Shown here piece by piece: positions 1 to 14,394 of a DNA stretch of 48,800 bases. The stretch covers positions 124,001 to 172,800 of the forward strand of contig NOWV01000166.1 of the NCBI GenBank assembly GCA_003344405.1, in the 5' to 3' direction. The position numbers and the translations under genes were made by a program. Under the pieces are notes generated by a model. That model was not told the DNA's origin, searched no databases, and saw only the letters and a program-made list of their open reading frames with translations. The DNA comes from Trichoplax sp. H2. Its lineage: Eukaryota. Within the stretch, counting starts at the first letter, position 1. Every line of letters starts with the position of its first letter.

Positions 1-93
1 GTAAATATCCCTGGTTCATTTTTACACATTTTCCGAAGTATGTAGCATATTGTTATTCGTACTACCAAGCTAATCAATGACTTTTTTGTGTAG

Positions 94-2826
94 GAAAACG
101 TGAATTGAGTACGGTGATTGGTAATCAATCTTATAATCCTTGTGCTGCGTTAGCAATTACTGCAGGAGAAGAAGAAAGAAGAGGGATGGTGGAAGCCATA
201 TGGGATTGGTTTAAAGGGTAATTTTTTTGTTAATTTTATTCTCGTATTATGTTTCGCCTGTTTAAATGTATCATAATCAAACACTAGCTGGATTTGGGGA
301 TCGGTACCTTTGGAAGATTGTTTATCGACTTTTTTTGAAGAAGATGAATTAAAAGGTTAACAGTGAATCCGATAAAATTAATAGCTTGATATTACGGTGA
401 AGTCATTTTCGGAATAATTTTAACTTATATTATTGATGTATTTGTAGGTGATAATATGTACAATTGCGAAAAATGTAAGAAGTAAGTATTATTGTCTCGA
501 TTCATATTTTTCTTGCCATTTTTGTTGCTACTATCGCCGTAGTACAACACTTGGTTACTAAAATAAATCGTGCATGAAGATGTACTGTTGTAGATTTTCG
601 TTGGTTTCTATTTAAGCGTATTAACTGTACCCATATATTCAAAATATAGATTACGAAACGGCATTAAATATTCGAAGATCACCCACCTGCCAGAAATATT
701 ATGCTTACATCTAAAAAGATTTAAGCATGATTCTTATTCTACGTCTAAAATAAATTGTTCTGTAAACTTTCCATTAACTGGATTGGAAATGAAATCCTTT
801 TTAAATACTGGTATTACGATAACTTTATTAAATTTTTCAAAATTAATAAATATTTCAACTTTAAGTCTCATTAGTTTTAATAAAATCATTTTCTTTGTAG
901 GCCATAAAAATCAGTCAACCACTTACGATTTAGTTGCCATAATCTCTCATCATGGAGCGGCCGGAGGTATGTAATGTGCATTTATTTTTTGATAACACTG
1001 TAGATAATTAACGACGAGAATCATAGTTATTATATAGATTTTGCTGTGCTGAGATATTAATATAGCATTATGTTACAGGAGGGCATTACGTTTGCTATGC
1101 TTTAAATTGTATTAACCATCGGTGGTATGAATATGACGATATAAATGTTACTGAAGGTAAGACTTTTCCGATATTTTATGTTTTAGTTCGAGTATCCAAT
1201 TATATTCGATGATAGGTCTTGAATTTAAATTTCCTACTTTTCTTTAATAGTTGCCGATGAATTTGTCTTAAGTGTGGAAGCGTATGTTCTATTCTATCGG
1301 TAAATATATTAATTTAATTGCTTAACCGCTCAGCTATGATAATTCCTTTAAGAATTACGGTATATCAACATTTCTTGTTTCATTCTTTGCTATCACGAAA
1401 GTAAATCGTCGACACCAATGCTCCAGAAAGATAGATCTAAGATTGCTGCACGTAATCGTTTGCAAGAGGTATTTCTACAATCCAGATCAATGTGATAGTA
1501 TTTACTTATAATTATCTGTAATACATACGCTTTAATGTTAAATTAGTCGAGCACCGATTTCGTATACATCTCGAAGCAATGGTATCAGGTGTTTTTATCT
1601 TGTTCAGAGCCAGGTTAGTTTGACGAATAATTGTATACAATTTGTTACCGCAAGCCCATCATGCATTAATGATTTTTTTAATACTTGAAATACTTAGGTC
1701 CTATTACGAATACAGATCTACTGTGTCCGCATGGAGGTAAGTACGAATTTTTATTGAAAATTTCGTTATTAGTTTTTATTTCATGCAGTGTTAAAATTTA
1801 CTTTTTTTACTTCTTGATAGCTGCTTATTGTGCGAACCCTAAATTTGATGTCAACGATTTTGCGGTAAAGGTGCCCTTGCTGGTTTGGAATGAACTCCGT
1901 AATAAGTATGAAGCATAAAATTAACTGCATTAACTTTACAATTGCATCTAATGCATTGATTTCTAAGCATTTTGCTCTACTTAAAAGCTCGATTGAATAA
2001 ATAAGAAATCTGCAAACTTATAAAGTGTATAAATTACAATTATTGTTAGATATGGGGGTGGTCCTAAGATACAAGCGTCGATGGTTGAAACTTGTCAAAA
2101 GTGTCAGGTTAGGATTATCACTATTGCTAAATAACGAATTGTAAATGAAAAATTCGCAATAAGGATATAGTGCACACTTAATATTGATACCCTGTACAGC
2201 ATTTGGTGTTGTGATAGTTTGTTTATACCGCTTCTTATATTAAATTATGTAGGAAATATATCAAACAAGAGAGGAAAAACGAAAAAAAGAAAATGAATAC
2301 TTTATGAAAGTATGAATTAGTTTAAATGATACTTTATCTACTGTTTGATAACCTTGTTAATGATGTTTAGTTAAAGGCTGCAAGTGAAAGGGATACTGCT
2401 AGGGAAGTTTCATATTGCATTAGTTATCAGTGGTTCCGTAAATGGCAAGGGTTTGTCAGATGTGAAACTTTAGGTAATTACTAAACGTCTACCGTATTGA
2501 AAGATTAACAAATAGAATGAACGTTGTAGCTGCACTTTAAAATGTACGTTTTATTTATATGGAAATTCCTAATGTTTTTCACAGAGCCTCCAGGTCCTAT
2601 ATCCAACGAAACTATAGTCACTTTAACGAGTGATGGCAAGATACAATTGCGTACTGGTATAAACATATTTTAATTATTTTAGGCTATTCTTTTACTCTCA
2701 CTAGAATATCATCTAACTGTTATTTTACTTCAAGGTGCTGATTACGGTTATGTTTCTAAAGAAGCATGGCTTTATCTTTACGGTATATATGGAGGAGGAC
2801 CGGAAATTCCTCAGGATTGTGTATAA
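94..2826 (+). CDS. USP20/33: Ubiquitin carboxyl-terminal hydrolase USP20/USP33 orthologue; 3' part (USP domain end plus two DUSP domains), 5' end outside window
   Basis: Spliced exons translate to [95 protein letters not shown] (His box), VEAYVLFYR, then DUSP motifs [16 protein letters not shown] and EPPGPISNE; ends [21 protein letters not shown] with TAA at 2824-2826. Confidence 0.93.
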
Positions 2827-3285
2827 CATATAAATAAATTAATACCGCTTAATTTGTTCATCGAATTGTAACATATGTAAAGTCTGCAGGGTGTTGGTTT
2901 TTTACATCCTGTTATTTAGCAAAATTTGATCAATTTAGTTACATTGCTATTGAGTCAACAAGAAGCGACCAATAGTACGGTATTGATATATTTTATTTAC
3001 TAAATGCTATAGAAAGCAATGATCGAAAATGCTTTTGTTATAAAAGGCAATCATTAATATTATACGTAATGAAGAAATGATACATATAAAATATATATAT
3101 GAAAGAGTGCGCCGTATATGTATACGGCTTATGTATATGCAATATGAATAAAGCAAAATCTTATGGCTGTTTCTGTTGCCTTAAAAGAGAACAAATAGGA
3201 CTGCACGTGATTTATAGGTTTTTACACATATATTAACCATTATTACTACAATCGCGTTGAATCTTAATGCTGTACACTCAAAAAA

Positions 3286-5741
3286 TTATTCACGTAATTT
3301 AGATTTTACTTCCTTTATTAGTTGATCCAATTTTTCTCTTAGATTGTTGGAAGCGGTCGATTCAACTGGAAGCTACAAAGTAATCATATTTAACACATCA
3401 ATAAAATCGAAGTGTCGCATTAACAGAACTTTGAGTTGTTTAACTACGAAATACCTCTCTAGTCTCCACAAATGATCTACCTAAGAAAGAGCATCGACTA
3501 AAATATTTGCATTTGTATTCAAGCTTGGTTGGGACTTGATTGTAGAGCCATTGCTAAATTGCATGCAATACACGTATAAAGCACCATACCGTTAGTATAA
3601 TAGATTCCGTTGGACCAATTTTAAAAATGCAAAACACCACGTATATTCCGTGATCACAGCTACAATTAGTTTCTTATTGGTAGGTACTTACCAATGCTGT
3701 ACAACCATTTGCAGCAGTGATGTTCAGATTGGATACGCACATTCTCAACTACAAATAGAGAATTTAAGATAAGTGATATCCGCTTGACTCTTGTGTGTAA
3801 GCACTTTTACAATCTTCCATTTTAGCCTTCGTTATTATTTTTTTGACAAAATAACATGAAAATTTGACTTACAAGAGCGATAATAGGATAGAGCAGATAC
3901 CAAGAGTTGGGGGACATAATTCCATACGTTAAATTCGTCATTACCAGTCCAGGGCAAGTTACGTGAGAATAGATACCCTACATACGTTGTAATGAGTGGT
4001 TGAAAGATTTATGTACATGTTGTGATAATCCTGTAGTAATATCATCTATAGTTTTTTATACTAGAAACTAAATCGCTTAATTAACCAATATAATACTTTA
4101 TCATATGCACGGTCAACTAACCTTAGAATTCAATTTCTCATTTAGACTAACGTTTAATAAATCGATAGCATGCTTCGATGAACCATATGGGTCTTTCCTA
4201 TTCAATTATGAACATATTATCGTTAACTGCAAGGACTAAGAATCTACTGCGTAAAAATTACCTTTTACAGTCTATAATTTAAAGTATGAGAAAAAGCTAA
4301 TCAATTTACCTTACCCGTTTACGTGTTGCATATTATCTAGTGAAAACGAAGCGCGATTTGCAGCACTGGAAGAAGTCCATACAATATGAGTCATTTTGTT
4401 GCTAGCTGCTAAGTAGTCTTCTAACTCACTAATCTGCAACAACAAATTGAAATTGCTGTTTTAATTTTGTCATCATGACAATAAATCGATTCTTGAAGCT
4501 AATATGATGATGTCAAAAAATTAGTGTAAAATTGCTGTAATATGTTATTAACCAGTAAATAATGGCCAAACAAATTGGTTGCGAAGACAGATTGCAGGCC
4601 ATCGTTTGTAACGCTATCATTCTGGATAATGAGGCCTTCGCCAGTTGTAAACATGTTAATGAAGGAGCTAGAAAGAGATCAATAAATGAGGGATTAGAAT
4701 ATTTAAGTGAAAGCAATATGATCATGTTTAGATTAGACTGTCAAGTGTTAGCTGCGCATACGATTACAAACCTGAAGGACCTGAAACCGCTTACGAAATG
4801 GGACCAATCAAACTGTGTTATAGGCATAATGCCAGCATTTAGAAATAGGTGATTTAAGTAACTGTATCTAAAGGAAAGGAATGAGTGAAAACCCTTCAAT
4901 TAGAATAATCATTCAATAGATTATACGCGTATACTGTGTTCGTATCAATCAATCGAGTTTGTACAGACCATCCACTGCAGAAAATACCGCATAGTGTAAT
5001 CGGCTCATGTTATATACCTGTATATTGCCAGTATGATAATTTCTAATAAAGTTATCTATACAGTACTACAGTACATCACGAGGTAAAGTGTGCTCAGACC
5101 CAGATTAGGTACGTATTTATGAAAGATAAATGATGTCAGTCTGCCTTACTTAGATTCTGGCGGAGTATTCACTAGTTATTGCTTTCCTACCTTCTTTTAA
5201 TCTCTTCGGCTACAGCTATCACAGATTTCGCATCGCTTGTATCTAAAGTTAAAATATCAACTTTTGCTGTGCTGCATAGTGACATTAGCATTTCTTTCGT
5301 TGCATTGGCTTTCTTTATATTTCTACAAGCTAAGCAAATGGTGATTCTGTCCTGAAATTCGCTGACTAATTGTCGCGCAAGTTCTTGACCGATTCCGCTA
5401 GATTTAAAAGTCATCGATAAAGTGAGTGAGGAGACGGATTAGAGGTAGACTGAAGTGAGTTTCGTATTACTGTTTATTGCACTATACTTATTCAGGCAAA
5501 TACACTTGACATATTCATGCAGTGGTCTATAATACTGAAGATATTATCACTTTTGGAAGCATTGCATCAGAAAGCAGCTAAATAATGTTGGCGTAGCATG
5601 CAAAGAATAATGTACTCGTATAACAGGAGGCCTGGGTAAGGTAATCATGATGGAATGTAGGAATTGTTGTTCTATTCTATAATAACTTTACACTTACGCA
5701 GTAGCACCGGTTATTAAGACGATATCTCCTTCATGATTCAT
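3286..5741 (-). CDS. HSD17B7: 3-keto-steroid reductase / 17-beta-hydroxysteroid dehydrogenase 7 (SDR family), multi-exon
   Basis: ATG at 5741: [25 protein letters not shown] (TGxxxGxG), [41 protein letters not shown], catalytic PYGSSK (YxxxK, ~4170-4190), [14 protein letters not shown]; stop at 3286-3288. Confidence 0.9.
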
Positions 5742-7619
5742 GGTGGGTTAGCTAGGAATATTTCTCTGGATAATCCTCAGTTTTTGAGGAGGTCAGCAGT
5801 CAGCACTTACTCAGAAACTCCGAAGCTTGCTTTCTTTTGTACACCCAGTTACAGAACATCTGAACATGATATGGTATCATCGCACTGCCGTCCATCTGTC
5901 CGCAGCTTAACTAATTACTGTAATTAATTCCTGACGATAATTATAGAATTAATTAAGCTATGGACAGATGGACTAACGTAATACAGTACAGTGGGCGGTC
6001 ACTGAAGGTTGCACCTCCCCCATTTTCTTATTAGAAGTCTCTGCTACAGTCAGCGACTCCTCCACCAAAAAGTTAAATTAAGTAATATTGAAATCTATTC
6101 TATTTTACTAATTTCTACTGGATAGCAGTTATATAAGGTTCTAAATGTTTTTAAATTAGTAGAAGTAATTGAGAAAAATAGACTCTGGAGATCCGTTAGT
6201 CTATACTGTATGTGATATCAGTACCAAAGATCTGGTGTTGTGTTTTAACTGTAGTGTCCATTTACAGGCTTGCTTACAAGTAGCAAGTCCAGCACAGTAT
6301 GTAGCTTGATCATGCAAATTATCGTAGTGAGTTTATAAATGTATTGATTTTCCTTTATTTTTTAAGAACATTTATGTCATCAAGCTATACTTTGCTTTCT
6401 TTTAATAAACAGAGGTATAAAACAGCACTGGTACGCGTCTGATGTCCATTGTACAGTACTGTATGTTGCTGGTTTATTCTGCAAGGCAAATTAGGGCTTA
6501 CTGTTCACGATTTCTTGAGGAGTTTTTCAAATTGTCAATGCTTATGATAATACGGATAGAAATGTCAATAATTTGTTCGTGTTTTATCTCCTTCTTTTTC
6601 TCTGTCCGGGCTGTAGTCAAGAAGACTACAATATCAAGTGAAGAATCAACCAATTTCCAGTTCTAGAGAGTCGATATAGCGTAGTTGCCGTAGTTTGAAT
6701 CTCACGCTATACGGTAATAATTCACTATCATCCATCTCGTCAAGATATTGGATTTATAGAAGACAATCCCTCGACTTTACTCCTCTATCACACCCCAATT
6801 CTCCTTGCCATGGCGGAGAGCCATGGCATTCAAGCTCCAATTTGATTCACTGCATCGTAGATACGGAAGCAAAGAAATTTTCAATCAATCAACTCATCCA
6901 TAAAAGTAAATCATCCATCTTCCAGTTAATGCAGTTGGCCATCAAGAAATGATATACTGTACTACCAAATTGAGCTAGACTTACGTCTACTCTATTTCCA
7001 TCCTCATTGTCCATGGCTATCCATTGATTCATACAATTGTTATTTCTATCAATTATATCTATCATTTCTTCATACAATTGTTATTTTTATCAATCATATC
7101 TAGTCTTGATTAACCCATCGATTGTTTGAAAGAGTCAGTCATCAATTGCTGACTGACACGTCAGCAATCATCCAGTGGTGACAACAATAGTAGTGACAAC
7201 GTGAAATACTGACGGTACAAGGTGCGAACGTGACCCGGCATACAATGCAGTCGACAGTCAGGGAAGTTTGAGTTTGTTCCCTAGAGTGAACGTTGGGGCT
7301 GATGTGGACGATGGCAATCGATTTGTCTTGCCAATTGCATTGTGACGATTATCTCATACAGTAATTAGTATGCAACAATCAGTCACTTCAACGTTACTAC
7401 CCTACCGCTTGACCTAGAGTACAGTCCATTAATTAAGCCAATACTATATATACAGTATAATATATAGTGACTCAACGCTTGACCAAGTTAACCAATCGTC
7501 TCCATCGCTCAAAGCAGGTTGTCGGATCATCAAGAGTTCACATTATTATTATTAAATTGCAAGTTGGAAGTACCTTGTGATTGGAAACATTCCAAAGTAG
7601 TACAAGTGGAATATAAAGA

Positions 7620-9449
7620 ATGGAATATCGATCAAGTATCAAGAGATTAGTTGTACTTTTCTGCTTTGTATGTTTGATTGCATACGGAAATGGCGACAAC
7701 GAGCATGAAAAGATTAAGGTTAAAACCCACCACGATGAACCGGAAGAGAAGCATTACTTAAAAGATGGACAACATAATCCTGATTATGATGCAGAAATGT
7801 TTCTTGGTCGTGATCGTGCTACATTGTTTAAAGAATTACCAGAAAAAGAAGTTCAAGAACGATTGCGATCGCTCTTGCATCAAGTAGATACCGATCACGA
7901 TAAAATTATTAGTGAAAGAGAAATGGAACAATGGTTAAGAAAGATTGATAATGATCGATTGGCGAATGATGCCAAAGTAGTCTTTGAAGAGATGGATGAT
8001 GATAAGAGTAAATCGATCGATTTTAAAGAAATATCCAAGCATACTTTTGGTGATACCGTCGATGAAGATATTGCTAAAAGTGAAGAATTCAGTAAATATG
8101 TTGATAGGGAAAGGAGAAAATTTGCCTTAGCTGACATTGATAATAGTGAAAGTCTATCCTTTGATGAATTTGTTACATACCAACATCCTGAACGACATCA
8201 GCATTTATCAGACGTTAGTACGGATAAAAATAATCATTCCAATCTTAATGTAGGCTAACAATTTGCTAAAGATGCAAGAACTTGTCTTAGTAGGAGTGTC
8301 GTAATGATGAATTATTTTTCACTCCTATTTGTCACGTTGTACTCAATTGGTTTAAAATGCCTCTTGAAAAGACAATAGATATGTACTACTGTAAATAGTA
8401 GCATTGCGTACAATACATACACTATAGTGCAGTGAATGATAGTATATTAGTAGAATTTAAAACTATAACTATGCCAAAGCATGGATATAGACATTGCCAT
8501 GGATTGTAAAAATGAGAAAAGTCTCTGTTGAATGGTCACAGATCTACAGTAGCTAATTACGGATGACAAGTAACGCCATCCTAGAACGAAAAGTCTCTGT
8601 TGAATGGTCATACATCTACAGTAGCTAATTACGGATAACAAGTAACGCCATCCTAGAACAGTACATCCTGAGTAGAAATGAAACGCTTTGAGGACGATAC
8701 ACAAATTTTATACCTACTGTATTTATTATATCTGAATTAGTTTTCTATTACTAAAATTGCTCTCTCAATTGAACACAGGTGGTTGTCACCGATGTTCTTA
8801 ACGAGATAGATAAAAACAATGACGGCTATGTGGAATTCTCCGAAATGATTGGTAAGCACTATATTACTTTCGGAATGAAAATAAATATTAGTATTGAAAC
8901 TATTAAAATCAATAGGCGTATAATATTGGATGTTTTTGTATATAGATATAGATATACCGTACAATATATTAAACACTAGAAATGTCTTACGCTGTACTAT
9001 AGATATTTTGCCAATATCGTATCATAATGCTGTTGATACAGCATTCAATTTTCCTTTGTAAATCAAGAAGTCTACTGCAGTAGTATTATGTAAAGTTCTT
9101 AACTCAGAGTTGTTTCCTTGATAGTCATGATTACTATTATAATTATTCTATATCAGGTGATAGTGGCAATTCTGATGGTAAAGAAGATGACTGGATTAAG
9201 AATGAGAAAAAAGAGTTTGCTAAATATGATAAAGATGGTGATCAAAAATTGAGTACATCTGAATTAAAGGAATGGGTGATACCAGATAGGAAATATATTG
9301 ATGAAGAAGTTCAGCATCTATTAGAAGGAGCTGACACTGATCATGATGGTAGACTGACTATACGGGAAGCTTTAGCTCATCAAAACCTTTTAGCTGGTAG
9401 TAAATTAACTGATTATGGCAACTTGAATATTCTTCGCGAAGAGCTGTAA
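7620..9449 (+). CDS. CREC-family multi-EF-hand ER calcium-binding protein (calumenin/reticulocalbin-like); exons 7620-8213, 8779-8851, 9157-9449
   Basis: Hydrophobic signal peptide, HNPDYDAEMFLG, six EF-hand loops (DTDHDKIISERE, DDDKSKSIDFKE, DIDNSESLSFDE, DKNNDGYVEFSE, DKDGDQKLSTSE, DTDHDGRLTIRE), C-terminal GSKLTDYG and KDEL-like REEL. Confidence 0.9.
8516..8659. repeat. Tandem duplication, 2 x 72 bp, in intron 1 of the CREC gene
   Basis: gaaaagtctctgttgaatggtca...aagtaacgccatcctagaac occurs twice head-to-tail with few mismatches. Confidence 0.9.
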
Positions 9450-10218
9450 ATCAGTTCCTCCCGCGTTACAAGCGATATTTTCATACTAAGTAAGAAAATG
9501 AATAATTGTCGCAATGTCATGTTTTCTAGTATTTTCTTATTGTCCTTTTATCATATGTATATTATGGTAGAATAATAATTTTCGGTATGACAGATCTGAC
9601 TTGTGATATCAATCATTGCAGGTGTAGATGTTATTTCTTGCGCTCTATTAAATCGCCCTGCTATAAACATTATCTACTATATAATACGTATGTTTCAGAC
9701 TTTAAGTTAACGTTTTCGCTGGTACGTAGAGTCGCAGATATCAACTGCATTAATTAGGGATCATCGAGCGAGAGTGCCTTACTATCGTGCCATTTAGAGT
9801 AATTTCTTATCTATTTTTGATATCATTTATTAACTGCAATTTTTTGCCGATATTTTCAAACGCTTAAACTATTTTCAAATTTGATTAATTCATTAATCAA
9901 TCAATATTAAAAGATTCGGCTATTTTAGGATCCGTTAGATCGTTATTTAAATTGAATTGACAAAAATAAAGTATGTCATTAACGTAATGTAACGTTTATT
10001 TGTCTTTTCAGTAGTTTCGAGTTGGTTTAAAATATTACAAGTATAAAGGTACACAAAAAATAGAAAAGGCGTCTAGTGATGTACTACGCAATTGCATAAC
10101 GTTGAGTGCGTACGGCTGCAAAGTATAGCATTGATATTTTTCCAAGATAATGAAAACACTTCCATGAATAATTCTTACGTAGACAGCATTGTCAGGTCTA
10201 TTTAACGGAACGAAAAAT

Positions 10219-10480
10219 GCCGTCAGTTGTTTGGTTGGCGTTACAATAATAAATGAAATGTGATCATTCTGTCATATAAAATAGAGCAATGAAAGTGACT
10301 TAGATGTTAATTAAAGTCTTCATTAATCTATGACAATTCTGCATTACAAAATACCGTCAGTTGTTTGGTTGGCGTTACAGTAATAAATGAATCATTCTGC
10401 CATATAAAATAGAGCAATGAAAGTGACTTAGATGTTAATTAAAGTCTTCGTTAATCTATGACAATTCTGTATTACAAAAT
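10219..10480. repeat. Tandem duplication, 2 x ~130 bp, downstream of FPGS
   Basis: ccgtcagttgtttggttggcgttaca...ctatgacaattctg(c/t)attacaaaat starts at ~10219 and ~10354. Confidence 0.88.
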
Positions 10481-10702
10481 GAAAAAAGATAAAAAAATGT
10501 ACTCGTAGATCTATAATACAATGCGATTCGTAATTAAGTGACAGTAATAATAGAAACATGATACCACAGAACAGTGCATTTTCGCCTACTACATCGTATT
10601 TGTATTGGTGGGTATGCACGTAACAACCCTAGTCTAAGACAGCATTTGCTAAATGGTGTAATTAAAGACATGTGCTACATTGTATCCATCATAATTTTAC
10701 TG

Positions 10703-13700
10703 TTAGAACTGTGTAGTCTGTAATACTTGTAAAACATCACCAACTAAATGTAGGCTACCTGTAACCAAAATCTGCAGATGAATATATTTTTTTTCCTTCT
10801 CGATAGTCTTATCATTCATATAGTTAAGAGATTTAGCTTTATGAATAGCTTTAATAACAGATATAGCTTCATTAACTGATCCACAAATACGACTGTTTGT
10901 TGGATTAGACAATCCATTTAATTCCATCCAAGCAGATAAGTTTTCATTGCATCGCTGCATTGCTGCATTAGTAGTTTCGTTACGATTAACTGTATCTAAT
11001 AAGTATATTATACATTCGCATTAAAATGCTATCGGTACAATTAGAAATTTATGCGATTCACAATTACAGCTACAATCATGTACCTGGCGACGAATGGTTT
11101 TCTTTCAAAATATTGGGTGAAAATATCGCATAATCGATATTTGTGTTCTAGAACATCAATTTTTAATGATTTAATGAAAACTACTTCCAGGATAGGATAA
11201 TAGGCGAAATTAAAATAGATAGGTTGCCTAAACATTAAAAACACTTACGATAATTGGTTTTAACAAAGTTTTGCTATCGCGATTGCCACTCAAATTAAAG
11301 ATTAATATACGGGCCACAGAACCTCTATAATATTAAAAGAACAGCGTTAGCAATCTAAAATGTTATTACTTACTTAAGCAATCAAAATGAAGTTATAACA
11401 GTATCGTAATACCGAATATTCGTGGCTTCAATAGTGGATTTGTTGTGAAACCACTCAACTGCAGTCTATTTTACAATTAAAGAAGAACAAATCAGTGAAA
11501 AATTAATCATGATTTATAAAACTACTGCTACTAAACATTTCCAATAGAAAGCGATAAAATTCAAGCTTTGAATAATAGAATTACTACAAAACTAATCATG
11601 ATTTATAAAACTACTGCTACTAAACATTTCCAATAGAAAGCGATAAAATTCAAGCTTTGAATAATAGCATTACTATAAAACTAATCATGATTTATAAAAA
11701 CTACTGCTAATAAATATTTCCAATAGAAGGCGATAAAATTCAAACTTTGAATAATAGAATTACTACAAAACTAACCCTATTATCAAATAAATGTAATTAT
11801 AACTCTGCTATATATATTCATCTATTACAGGTAAACCCTTGCCTGGATGCTATTTCGTGTATGAGCACCATCAAAATAGAATGTAGCACCGTCGTATTTC
11901 ATCATTTGATATCTACCATTCCAAACGCAACTTTGTAATCCTACCGGTAGTAAAAATTTTAATTTCCAATAACGCTGAACGTTTTCTAAAGAGATTTTAC
12001 TGACCTGCTTTAAAATTTTCACTTAGTGGAAATGTACTTGCAGTTGGTAATCCTTTGCCGGTTTGCAATTGCTGATCACCTAATATCGAGATAATGACAA
12101 CCTAAATTTAGTATACTTGACTAGCTACATACATGCATACATAACACTACATTAACCTACAAGCACGTAGATTAAGTTGAAATAAGATATAAATAGATTA
12201 GGATTAATATCTCACCATTATGAGTCTTTGATTGTTTAGCATTTTTTTCTAGCCACGTATTTGCTAGTTGTATCGCTAATGATGCATTCCACTTTTGTAC
12301 TTCACCGTCAATTCCAAGTTCTGTAGTACATGTGATCATATGATAGATATTGTTAAGATTCAATTGACATAAATTAATACTTGATTCAATCTTCTATAAA
12401 TCATACTTACTTGGCTCTGTACCCGGGTAGCTAGATAAAGGTGGCACGATTTGCAGTGCTGCCTAAAAGTTGTGTGAAGAATAGAGGCCGATATTATTTT
12501 CATTTTATTACCTCATACATACCGATTGGCTATACAGAAATAAATATATAGTATAAGCGTTAAAAGACAACCATAGAAAATGAAATCTGTAATTGATTTC
12601 TTTCTATGCAATGTATTTACCTTTACTTTGTTCGATTGCTCTTGTAATACAGTAATTGCTGAATCCACCTGAGGAGCAGTAAAAGCAGATGTACCCGGCT
12701 ATCGAATTAAAAGTTAAAATTTATAAACATTTCATGACATGCCGCGCTAGTTATGCACCTGAATACGTACTTATTTCAGGGTTAAATGGTTATTTCATAT
12801 TTGATAGGATATATATTCGTACATATGATTCAAATTTACATCAGGTTCACCGGCAATAGTCAATTTTATACGTTTACCTTCATTATTCCAGCTTTATGCC
12901 AAGCAATTTCTTCAATAGTTTTCCCTAATATAGCAGTATGATCTAATCCAAGCGATGATATACCACATGCTACTGGATTTCTGCCATGGAGATAATTCAT
13001 AGAGTTGATAAAGTAAAGAATTAAATCTGCACGCGCTTCGATTTTAATAAAATTATCACAATTGCATACAATACAATTTTTGTATACCTTATCGCATTAG
13101 TACAGTCATATGTACCACCAATACCCACTTCAATGATGGAGACATCAACCTTTATTTATTTATAACCATTTAAAATGAAAAGTTCATATTTCCCATTCAT
13201 ACGATTTCATGCATTAACTATGCTAGCTTATGCTTACCTTTTCACAGAAAAAGATATAAAATGCTAGTACAGTTAAGAATTTGAAATAACTTGGCATATA
13301 GTTATCATCTGCCTCCTAGTTGAAACATCATTCAGACGAATCTTATTAGATTGATTTCGGATATATATGTTTACATGTTGGCGCTCTATTATCAGCTTAC
13401 TTTTGATTTTTCAAGCCGATCGTAAACAGTCCAGAAGTAGGAAGTGAAGACCTCTTTCGAAAGAGGTACTCCATTTATCCTAATCCGCTCGCGCACTTCG
13501 ATTAGGTGTGGTGAGCTATAAAATGATAACTATCGTTAAGCTACGATTTCATTAGAAAACAATACATAAATTATTCATCTGATTTTAATAATTCACCTGT
13601 AGAATCCGGTTTTGTATCCATGAGCACGAAGTATACTTTCAGTAAAAGCACAAGTTGAACCCTGATAAAAATTTACCGCATTGACTTAATTCAGGTAACT

Positions 13701-14247
13701 CATGCTTTACTTTTTCACAAGATAAAAAAAGACATACCTTTCCTTTGGTGCCACTAACATGAATTATAGACAACGAATCTAAATCGTCCACCTACAGAAA
13801 TATGGTGTATTGATTAAGTGTTAAAATCATTGGTTCACTACATATTCTGATCAACGTATGGGATTGATTGTTATATCATTAAACATACCGATAGACCAAT
13901 TCGGTTTAAACAAGTTATTGTTCGATGAACGTTAACCTCCTTTTCGCTACCACTATTAGAGATGATCTTCAAAGTCATAGCATTACTTTGGAGATTGTTA
14001 AGGGCATCGACGGTAGACTATGAAATACAATTACAACGTGAATATGTCAAGTTAGTATGCATCATAACGTTCTTTACGTCATCATCCAAAGATTGAGGGT
14101 TTAAAAAGCTATAGGAGGAATATCATATCCTCTGATAAATCTATAACTTGTTTAATATTAAAGACAAAACTGAAGTACTGTACATTCAGATTGCATTCGA
14201 TATCATTTACTCAACCTATCATTCAATACTCTATGACACATGCTCAT
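10703..14247 (-). CDS. FPGS: Folylpolyglutamate synthase, multi-exon
   Basis: Exons give [31 protein letters not shown] (P-loop), [88 protein letters not shown]; stop at 10703. The start (two tiny exons, ATG 14247) is less certain. Confidence 0.92.
11498..11775. repeat. Intronic tandem repeat, 3 x ~90 bp, in FPGS
   Basis: aaaactaatcatgatttataaaactactgctactaaacatttccaatagaaagcgataaaattcaagctttgaataatagaattactac repeated three times. Confidence 0.92.
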
Positions 14248-14394
14248 GCTTGCTTGGCGACTTGTCTATGGAGAGGTTGCTTAATGACTAACTGTACAGT
14301 ACGTGTTTGGTCCAGGTTTTAGTTTGTGGTTTGTAATTCCCATCCACTATAATGCTACTTTAGATTATGAGCTAAGAAGTGTATTCGATGTGTT

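Noticed and set aside
4562-4852. 96-aa + strand ORF (likewise 7895-8137, 35859-36053, 38232-38441)
   Set aside because: Antisense or off-frame shadows of real exons.
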